A DNA stretch of 63,915 nt, counting the filler, from an uncultured delta proteobacterium (GTDB lineage Bacteria > Bdellovibrionota_C > UBA2361 > CAIXSY01): NCBI GenBank assembly GCA_903922175.1. It is 7 parts of 7 records of this genome, joined end to end, with 100 filler letters (N's around TTAATTAATTAA, not from the genome) between each part and the next. Parts side by side here need not be neighbours in the genome. Positions count along the whole stretch, not along the records: positions 52,024 to 61,272 come from CAIXSY010000112.1; positions 61,373 to 63,915 come from CAIXSY010000119.1; 5 more parts are not named here. One strand, written 5' to 3'. Shown piece after piece: positions 56,957-63,915 of this stretch (its first letter is position 1; each line of letters opens with the position of its first letter). Under the pieces are notes generated by a model that saw only the letters and a program-made list of their open reading frames with translations, did not search any database and was not told the origin of the DNA. The position numbers and the translations under genes are program-made.

Positions 56957-59620
56957 CTACGACTCCCGTTGCACAACCGCACGCAGATCACCAAGCAGCA
57001 TCAGCGCTTGGCGCGGTGTCAGATCGTCAACATCGATACCAAGTAAGCTGCGTTTAACCTCAGCCAATCCTCTGTAATCCGCCGGCTCCACCACCTTCTC
57101 TCGCACTACCGTCGCCGCCTGGAAAAAAGAAAGCTGATTGGAACTACCCGCACTTTGAGCGACATTTTCTCGAGTAGCCTCGAACTCGACCAGATAACCA
57201 CGGGCGCGTTCAATAAGGTTGCGCGGCAGTCCTGCCAATCGCGCCACCTCGAGACCATACGACTTATTCGCCGGGCCTACCTTGATTTTGTGCGTGAAAA
57301 CAACCTCACCATCGACGTCTGCCGAGCCTACAGAGAGATTTCCCACGGAGGGAAAGCTCGACTCCAAAACAGTAAGTTCATGGTAATGGGTTGCAAAGAG
57401 CGTGCGACACTTAATCTCCGTAATCAGCCATTCAAGGATCGCCCGCGCCAGCGAGACCCCATCGGCCGTGGCCGTGCCTCGCCCAATCTCATCGATCAGC
57501 AGAAGTGATCGCGCGCTGGCGTTGGCGATAATATGCGAAGCCTCGCGCATCTCAACCATGAAGGTTGACTCCCCTTCGGCCATATTATCCGATGCCCCGA
57601 TGCGTGCGAAGATTCGATCAACTATGCCGATAGTGGCGCTATCCGCAGGCACGAACGACCCCAACTGCGCCATGATCACGATGATTGCAGCCTGCCGCAG
57701 AAAGGTCGATTTACCCCCCATATTAGGTCCGGTAATAACCAGGCACTGCTGCTCTCCGGCCAACATCGAAAGCGAATTGGGAATGAATCCCCCCTGCAAA
57801 ATCTTTGCCAGCACGGGATGGCGTCCGGCATTTATATTCAGCTCCTGCGCCATACTAACCGTGGGCTCGACCAGATCTTCGCGATCCGCCGCCTCGGCTA
57901 ACGAAAGCACAAAATCTAACTCGCCGATCTCGCGTGAGACCTTACGCAGCTCAGCTGCGGATAGAAGGAGCCGCTCGCGAAGCTCCTCAAACAGCTTACG
58001 CTCGATGGCACAGAGCTTACTCTCGGCGCTAAAAAGCTCCTCTTCGCGACCCTGCAGCTCCGTCGTTGTGTAGCGTTCACCGCCGACCATCGACTGACGG
58101 CGGATGAAGTGCGCCGGTACACGCTCGAGATTGGCTTTGGTAACTTCAAAGAAAAAGCCGATGACATTGTTGTACTTAATCTTGAGCGAGCCGATGCCGG
58201 TGGCAAGGCGCTCTTTCTGTTCGAGCTCGGCAATCCAGGTGCGCCCACTACTCTTCACGACCCGCAGTCGATCAACCTCAGCGTGGTAGCCATCACGAAT
58301 AAGTCCACCTTCAACCGAACTAAGCGGCGCCACATCGACCAGTGCACGCGCCAGGAGGATATCGAGGTCCCCATCAATAACGAGTGTTTGGTTATAACGG
58401 TGCAGGAGCGGCGAAGCCTCGTCCGCGTCTTGACCAATTTCACGCGCCAAAGCTTCGCGCAACCTGGGAAGCACGGCCAGCGAATCGCGCAGCCCCCCTA
58501 ACTCTCGCGGGGTCACGCTCTTTAGCTCAATACGGGCAGTTATGCGCTCAATATCGGAGACATAACCGAGCAGTTCGAAAAGCTGGCGGCGAAGCTCAAT
58601 GCGCGTCTTAAGGAAGCGCACCGTGGCCAAGCGCACCTCAATCTCTTTAAGAACGACCAATGGGCTAAGGATAGCGTTACGCAAAAAGCGGGCTCCCGCT
58701 GCAGTTTTGGTATGATCAAGGACACTAAGCAGCGTACCATCGCTGCCACCATCACGTAGATTGCGCACGAGCTCAAGATTAGCGCGTGTCGAGGCATCAA
58801 TTCCCATCGCCGAAGCCTCGCTCGTCACACGGATTTCTGAGATGGAAACCGCGGCACCCACGGTGGCCTCATCGAGGTAATTAAGAAGCAAGCGCACCGC
58901 CCGCTTAGCCTGCGGGCTGAGCCTGCCATAGCCTTCAATAGTACCCAGCTCTCTCGTCCCCGAACTGCCCACATCTGAGGCTGACTCCGCACGCAGCTTA
59001 ATGCTAATCCCCTTGGCCCACGGATAAAGGGGCAGCCTCTTAGCCAGTGGCCCAGCTCGCGAAAGCACCACCTCCACTGGGGCAATTACGCTCAGGTCCT
59101 GCTGCAGAGAGCGCAGGCTGATGTGCTCACGGATCGAGATGCGCCCAGACTGCACATTAGCATAAGCGATGGCACCATCGTTTTCGCCTTCAAGGTAAAC
59201 AGCAGCAAGCAAACTCTCACCCTTACCGCCATCAACACCGGTAAGCAGACGAACACCCGGCGTGACGATCCTCTCAAGCCGACGTCCAAACATCCCCTTG
59301 CCATTCGCAGGCGGCTCAGTCTGGCTAACAATCGCGACGGAGTGCCCCAAAGCAACGAGACGTTCTATATAACCATCAACAACGGCAATGGGGACACCGG
59401 CCATGGGGATCGGAGTCGGACTATTTCTATCACGGCTAGTCAGCGTGAGGTTAAGCGCCCGAGAGATAGTAACGGCGTCGTCAAAGAACGTCTCGTAGAA
59501 GTCCCCAACCTGGAAAAGCAGTAACGCATCCGCGTGCTTAGCCTTGTAATCAAGATACTGCCGGAGCATGGGGGGAAGGTTGTCTTCACTTGCTACTACT
59601 GCCGTGTTGTCGTCACTCAT
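56957..59620 (-). CDS. mutS: DNA mismatch repair protein MutS
   Basis: PMLRQY, GDFYETF, PMAGVP, TGPNMGGKST, STFMVEM, DEIGRGT, FATHYHEL and SYGLEVARLAG. Confidence 0.98.
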   Translation of the reverse strand: MSDDNTAVVASEDNLPPMLRQYLDYKAKHADALLLFQVGDFYETFFDDAVTISRALNLTLTSRDRNSPTPIPMAGVPIAVVDGYIERLVALGHSVAIVSQTEPPANGKGMFGRRLERIVTPGVRLLTGVDGGKGESLLAAVYLEGENDGAIAYANVQSGRISIREHISLRSLQQDLSVIAPVEVVLSRAGPLAKRLPLYPWAKGISIKLRAESASDVGSSGTRELGTIEGYGRLSPQAKRAVRLLLNYLDEATVGAAVSISEIRVTSEASAMGIDASTRANLELVRNLRDGGSDGTLLSVLDHTKTAAGARFLRNAILSPLVVLKEIEVRLATVRFLKTRIELRRQLFELLGYVSDIERITARIELKSVTPRELGGLRDSLAVLPRLREALAREIGQDADEASPLLHRYNQTLVIDGDLDILLARALVDVAPLSSVEGGLIRDGYHAEVDRLRVVKSSGRTWIAELEQKERLATGIGSLKIKYNNVIGFFFEVTKANLERVPAHFIRRQSMVGGERYTTTELQGREEELFSAESKLCAIERKLFEELRERLLLSAAELRKVSREIGELDFVLSLAEAADREDLVEPTVSMAQELNINAGRHPVLAKILQGGFIPNSLSMLAGEQQCLVITGPNMGGKSTFLRQAAIIVIMAQLGSFVPADSATIGIVDRIFARIGASDNMAEGESTFMVEMREASHIIANASARSLLLIDEIGRGTATADGVSLARAILEWLITEIKCRTLFATHYHELTVLESSFPSVGNLSVGSADVDGEVVFTHKIKVGPANKSYGLEVARLAGLPRNLIERARGYLVEFEATRENVAQSAGSSNQLSFFQAATVVREKVVEPADYRGLAEVKRSLLGIDVDDLTPRQALMLLGDLRAVVQRES

Positions 59621-59901
59621 AGGCTACTGCCGACTACAAAAAAAATCGTAACTGGCCAGCTTCTGCCCTGACTCTTCGTTGCGAGACTCAAGCCCTCCCT
59701 GCGACTTACAGCTAGTAATGTCTCGGTCGGGCTTGAGACTCGCGCCTCGATTCAGGCCAAAATCTGACCAGTTACATGTGCTGCTGACTAGGTACACAAA
59801 TTCCAAGCTACTCTCGCAAATTCGGCCATAAAAATCCATCGCCTTTTAAAACTCCACTCTTTGAGGTAAGTTTGGGAGCCAGTTGATAAAGGTCGTGTGC
59901 T

Positions 59902-60312
59902 ATGCAGTCCGAAGGCTCCCCAATACGTATTGTGCTCGTCGATGACGAGACTTCGGTCCTTTTTGCGCTCAAACTCCTTCTCCAAGCGATAGGCTTCCAC
60001 GTAACCGATTTTAGCGATAGCACTGCCGCCCTCAAGTTCCTCTCCGACGGTGGGGAGTGTGATATCGTTATCTGCGATCTACGAATGCCTCTGATGAGCG
60101 GTATTAAGGTACTTGAGCAGAGTAAGCTCGTGCGCCCCTGCCTCCCCTTTCTACTGATGTCGGGACACGCCACGGACGAGGAAGCCGAGAATGCCCGCCT
60201 CAAAGGAGCCGCCGGGTTTTTAGCCAAGCCGTTTAGGCCGGAGGAGGTTAAGGAATTGATTGCGCAGAGCCTAGGGTCTGTCCCACAAGCCCCGAAGGCA
60301 GGCGAGTATTAG
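59902..60312 (+). CDS. Single-domain response regulator (CheY-like)
   Basis: LVDDE, ICDLRMP..SG, MSG and AKPF. Confidence 0.93.
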   Translation: MQSEGSPIRIVLVDDETSVLFALKLLLQAIGFHVTDFSDSTAALKFLSDGGECDIVICDLRMPLMSGIKVLEQSKLVRPCLPFLLMSGHATDEEAENARLKGAAGFLAKPFRPEEVKELIAQSLGSVPQAPKAGEY

Positions 60313-60327
60313 TGCCGGGACAGCCCC
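60272..60327. repeat. REP doublet overlapping the 3' end of the response regulator
   Basis: Inverted copy of 42043-42098. Confidence 0.85.
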
Positions 60328-60430
60328 AAAGTGTTCGCCTTCGGCGGCGTCAGGAATGAGTCGGTTGGAATCGCTATTCGATGCGAATCTCGGCCAGCCC
60401 CTACTTTTCACATCGTACTGCGCGCGGAAT

Positions 60431-60497
60431 TAGAAACTTCTTGCCCATTTGTGTTGTGCAAAAGCAGTCGAATAAATAAGTGGGCAAGAAGTTTCTA
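60431..60497. repeat. Palindromic element
   Basis: tagaaacttcttgccca / tgggcaagaagtttcta. Related tagaaactt starts occur at the stops at 6203 and 40730. Confidence 0.75.
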
Positions 60498-60673
60498 TCC
60501 CCGGCATGTCCTACGACGTGTCCCTCGTCTTGTCCTACGTAGCACTTGCCGCGAGGCAAGGCGAAGTAGGAAGGGATAACGCCAAGGAGAGAACGATTAG
60601 CGGAAACACTCGCTCAAGTCTACCCCAATTCAAGCACTTACTCACGTGCGATGTGGTTCTGGCCTCACTTATC

Positions 60674-61018
60674 TCAACGTAGCCGAGCTATTTCCTGGCT
60701 GATAAGAAAATAAAATATTAATATCGCACATAAATCAATTGCTGCACGCACTAGCGGCCGACGGTGTAGCCACCAGCCATACAAGCACCCGAAAATTACG
60801 AGCAATGTACATACAAGACATAGAAACAAGCTGGCGTTTAGAGAACGAAGTATCCAGCGCCCCAAAAACCCGAATGGCGTAAGAATCTCAGGTAAATAGA
60901 AGAGGACGAGTAAAATCAGTAGTGTCGTTTCAACGCCGCCCCAAATAATACTAGCGGTCACTTTCGCCCAAGACACAACCGGATTATTTTCCATAAGATC
61001 AAGTTCAACAAAGTACAA
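60674..61018 (-). CDS. Hypothetical membrane protein
   Basis: About three hydrophobic helices. Confidence 0.5.
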   Translation of the reverse strand: MYFVELDLMENNPVVSWAKVTASIIWGGVETTLLILLVLFYLPEILTPFGFLGRWILRSLNASLFLCLVCTLLVIFGCLYGWWLHRRPLVRAAIDLCAILIFYFLISQEIARLR

Positions 61019-61127
61019 CCAAAATCCTACCTGAGATCAGCAGAGTACTCAAATTCGACTCTAAAGTATATTTGGCTCCTCAGCAGAATCTGTGGGTGAG
61101 CCGCGGCTCCGGTAACTCGCTAAGTTT

Positions 61128-61272
61128 TTGATAAAGCATGAGCGCACAACTTCCACGCAGGTGTTAGAGCATCTGATCGAGGTCGAAAGACGAGAACTAT
61201 TTCTTGTGGAAGGCTACGGCTCTTTGTTCGCCTACTGCACCAAAAAATTTCGCTACTCAGAGCCCGCTGCTA
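61128..61272 (+). CDS. N-terminal fragment of a DUF222-like/HNH endonuclease family protein, cut by the contig end
   Basis: L.HL.EV.RR.L....GY.SLF.YC.....YSE.AA, a pattern typical of multicopy HNH proteins in deltaproteobacterial lineages. Confidence 0.7.
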
Positions 61273-61372
61273 NNNNNNNNNNNNNNNNNNNNNNNNNNNN
61301 NNNNNNNNNNNNNNNNTTAATTAATTAANNNNNNNNNNNNNNNNNNNNNNNNNNNNNNNNNNNNNNNNNNNN
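61273..61372. other. Artificial contig linker
   Basis: N44-TTAATTAATTAA-N44. Confidence 0.98.
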
Positions 61373-61793
61373 CGCTCAGGGCATTCGCCTCGCCGAAGAA
61401 CTGGCTTGCCATGAGCGAGCCGCGCGGGCGGCGAGTCGAATGGGGTTGGCGGGGGATTGCTCGTAGTATACTCGTTTATCAAACACGGTCATGTTTTGGT
61501 TCGACAGGGCTGCCTTAGCCTTAAAATTCACTAGCCAGTCATATTAACATGTCTTTTCCGGGCATAACCTCGAAATTGGCCACTTATACTACCCTACTAT
61601 TTCACTTATTTCTCCCGTCCTATCGCGCTTTCGCTATTTCCGGACAGGCTCTATGTAGGAAGCGACTTCAATTGCGGCCGGATTTTCGCCGCCTAAGTGA
61701 ATAAAAAGTAAGAAATTCCATATAGTGCGAGCTTCAGTTTCAAATGGCTTAAATTAACGAAGAGTTACCTACTACCAGATTGAGGCGGGTACC

Positions 61794-62735
61794 TTACTTT
61801 GAAGCCAAATTCTTGCAGTCCCCACCTGGCGCAGCGTCAATCGGAACTACTTTAAAATCCCAGTCTAAGCTGGCAATCCATGCTAGTTGGCCGAGGATCA
61901 AATCACTACTCGGATCAGGGCCTAGGACCGATCCGGTGTTATGATAAATGATGGGGAAGAATCCCGTAAGTAATCCGGGAGTAGACGCATCCCTTCCCGT
62001 GCAACCACTGGCGTCGGCAGGCTTAAGACCATTGCCAAGACAAAATGGACCAGGAACAAACCCATATAGTTTCGAGTAAACCGCTTGACTCAGCAGCGGG
62101 TCTGAGGATGCTGCACCCTTGAAAACAAGGCAGGCATCAAAAAATTTCTGCTTCTTGCTCAGTTGAGGAATCTGAAGCAAAAATCCGACCCGGGAATCGG
62201 GCCATCCCTGCGCGTAATAGGGAGTGACCTTAGCATAAACGTTCTCAATGCCAGGAAATTTATTGTTTTCACAGTCCTTTACCGCCTTGCGCCAGGTATT
62301 TAAGAGTTTGCGCCGAGCTTGGAGTTTATTTTTGAGGTTATCGAGCGCGACCCTTAAAACCTCATTTTTATCTCCCACATCGTCGAAAAAGAGGTTCTCC
62401 ACCTTGAGCAGCTTTCCGATTTTGGAGGTCAAAGGACCATTCGCACCCTCGACTTTCAATTCCTGCCTGAGCTCTCCGACGCGATCTAGCCGTTGATCAG
62501 CTGAAGCAATCTGTGTCGCGACAAACTTCAGGGCCCTCCCCTTTTTGATAAGCGTAAAGCCCTTACTGTTGATGGTTACAACATGCAATTTACCATCAGA
62601 GAAACGTCCGCAATAGTACTTGTCCGTGAGTTGGGTAAACTCTTGGGATTGAGAGATGCTCGTGCACGAAAAGAAAAAAAGGACGAGAAGCGAAATCTCA
62701 CAAAATTTAAAATCACTGGCACAGAATCGGAACAT
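61794..62735 (-). CDS. Hypothetical secreted protein with coiled coils
   Basis: 313 aa, RBS gaggga, signal-like N-terminus, Lys-rich coiled segments and paired Cys. Confidence 0.65.
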   Translation of the reverse strand: MFRFCASDFKFCEISLLVLFFFSCTSISQSQEFTQLTDKYYCGRFSDGKLHVVTINSKGFTLIKKGRALKFVATQIASADQRLDRVGELRQELKVEGANGPLTSKIGKLLKVENLFFDDVGDKNEVLRVALDNLKNKLQARRKLLNTWRKAVKDCENNKFPGIENVYAKVTPYYAQGWPDSRVGFLLQIPQLSKKQKFFDACLVFKGAASSDPLLSQAVYSKLYGFVPGPFCLGNGLKPADASGCTGRDASTPGLLTGFFPIIYHNTGSVLGPDPSSDLILGQLAWIASLDWDFKVVPIDAAPGGDCKNLASK

Positions 62736-62814
62736 CTGCTGACTCCCTCAACAAACAAACGGACAAACAAACGCCCCACACTATGGCACAAAAGCAGAAA
62801 ATATGTATAGGTCC

Positions 62815-62976
62815 CGTAACCACTCAATAACCCCGGGCGACCCGTGCACGTGCAGGTCAGGATTGCTCGGCTAGAAGCGGTGTCCGTAAATTAGCAAGAA
62901 ACTGGGTAGGCGCGGCAGTCTGCAACCGGCTAACGGCTAACGGCAACAGAGAACAGCAACAGCCAACGGACACAGT
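62815..62976. repeat. Shell-A terminus, cccgtgcacgtgcag core and heptamer run (cggctaa/cagcaa)
   Basis: cgtaaccactcaataaccccggg at 62815 and tandem cggctaa near 62927. Confidence 0.7.
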
Positions 62977-63065
62977 CGCCGCACCGGCTGTGAACAGGCC
63001 CTGGGGGCTACCCCGGCGGCTCTCTATGAGCCCGTAAGTAATAAAGGGTAATAAAGGGGACGTTG

Positions 63066-63275
63066 CCGAATGGCATTAAGTTAAGCACGTAATGCCTCTT
63101 TTGGATAGGTTTTCCGTGGTTTCATGAGGAGATCGTACTCTTTTGGTCTGCGTTTTATTGCGCGCGGTTCGACCCGACCAGGACGACGCGGGACGATGAG
63201 TAAAGATATACGCGTGGTGCGGTAGCATGAGGCGATGAGCCAACGTAGAGCATCAACAAAGACGATCTGGTACAC
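63066..63275 (-). mobile_element. IS4-family element right end (transposase C-terminal remnant plus terminal repeat)
   Basis: FVDALRWL...RPGRVEPRAIKRRPKEY is an IS4 C-terminal signature. ccgaatggcattaagttaag at 63066-63085. Confidence 0.85.
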
Positions 63276-63284
63276 AACGTTTTT

Positions 63285-63662
63285 TTACTTGAGCGCTTTT
63301 GCAAGTGCGCCTAGCGCCAACTGAGCCTTTTTCTTGTTGGCAATAAAGAGTCTTGCGCTAGTTTTGAGCGCAGTCCTCACACTCGAATCTGCTGAACGCA
63401 CCAGCTTTTTTAACTGAGCTTCCTTCGCTGCGTCGACAACTCCAGTAAGTTTGCCTGAGATCAGAGTCATCTGGCTAAGCCAACCCTTGATCTGTGTGGC
63501 ATAGATCTTTTGGAGCCTAATTGCTTTGGGAGTCTTAGCGGGACCCACTTTCTTAAGAGTGGCAGTGACATGCGTCACACGATCGCGCAGCTCAAGCAAG
63601 ACAAAACAGTCTAGAATGCCCCTATTGTCGAGATCGGCATCGGCGCTGCCGCAACCACACTG
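63285..63662 (-). pseudogene. 3' fragment of a secreted protein ending after a TSP3-like Ca-binding repeat
   Basis: The in-frame sequence upstream of the called start reads QCGCGSADADLDNRGILDC, followed by a basic helical tail. No credible start or signal peptide. Confidence 0.5.
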
Positions 63663-63673
63663 ACGAAAATGAT

Positions 63674-63765
63674 CTGGTACAAGGTAGCTTCAAAAGCTCG
63701 ATGGCTTATCGGGGATTAGGGAGAAAAGTTTCCCAGGATCCACAAGAAAAGCTACCTTGTACCAG
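63674..63765. repeat. Palindromic element with perfect 17-bp arms
   Basis: ctggtacaaggtagctt / aagctaccttgtaccag. Confidence 0.8.
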
Positions 63766-63915
63766 CGTGTTTTGGCCGAACACTATGACACTTTTTGCGG
63801 AAAACTTCCCAAGCTTGATCCGGAGACGGAGCTGGCAATTTCCCAAAATCACCTCGCAAAAGCCAAGGTTTGCGGTGCAATTAGAATCGGGCTGGAGCTT
63901 AGGCCGCGGCTGCTA
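63757..63915 (+). CDS. Probable 5' end of the repeat-SNF2 gene (3'-partial here)
   Basis: 63808-63915 is identical to 18769-18876. The frame is open back to the TAG at 63685, with a candidate TTG start at 63757. Confidence 0.65.
   Translation, partial: MYQRVLAEHYDTFCGKLPKLDPETELAISQNHLAKAKVCGAIRIGLELRPRLL

Noticed and set aside
218..59524. Many 60-320 aa ORFs antisense to or nested in confident genes (e.g. 218-892, 5102-6052, 13260-13916, 25025-25663, 57402-58073)
   Set aside because: These are shadow ORFs with no motifs, overlapping well-supported genes.
15559..61372. Recurrent TTAATTAATTAA motif and ORFs running into N runs
   Set aside because: This is an artificial six-frame-stop linker, always centred in exactly 100 nt.
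61373..61470. tRNA-like fragment (tggggttggcgggggattg)
   Set aside because: No cloverleaf or T-loop can be built; it looks like another dispersed palindromic repeat.

Overview
This window is not one contiguous locus. It holds seven contigs (1-15558, 15659-18668, 18769-31472, 31573-39587, 39688-51923, 52024-61272, 61373-63915) joined by artificial 100-nt linkers (N44-TTAATTAATTAA-N44), so gene order across linkers means nothing. The source looks like a flagellated Gram-negative bacterium, probably deltaproteobacterial/Bdellovibrionota-like (inference from gene content only). Recognisable genes include lptD, rfbB, rfbD, manC, gmd, rmd, tRNA-Leu(CAA), fliD, a PLP decarboxylase, thrABC, fliB, a truncated methylmalonyl-CoA decarboxylase-type cluster, uvrD/pcrA, rlmE, mlaEFDC, a tRNA nucleotidyltransferase, an amidase and mutS. 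Four things stand out. (1) A >1,400-aa SNF2-type ATPase carries seven tandem ~84-aa basic repeats and an Ig-like domain; its missing start is probably on the last contig, which overlaps it exactly by 108 nt. (2) Three intact ORFs look like catalytically dead versions of known folds: an ArgRS-like protein without HIGH in the argS-SPOR position, a RelA/SpoT-type HD protein without HD, and a pseudo-receiver fused to a HigA-like HTH. (3) Intergenic DNA is dense with modular palindromic repeats in which conserved outer 'shells' carry interchangeable 6-9-mer 'cores'; RAYT-like and IS4 transposase fragments lie beside REP-like repeats. (4) Several genes are decayed pseudogenes. All family calls are by-eye motif recognition; no database searches were run.
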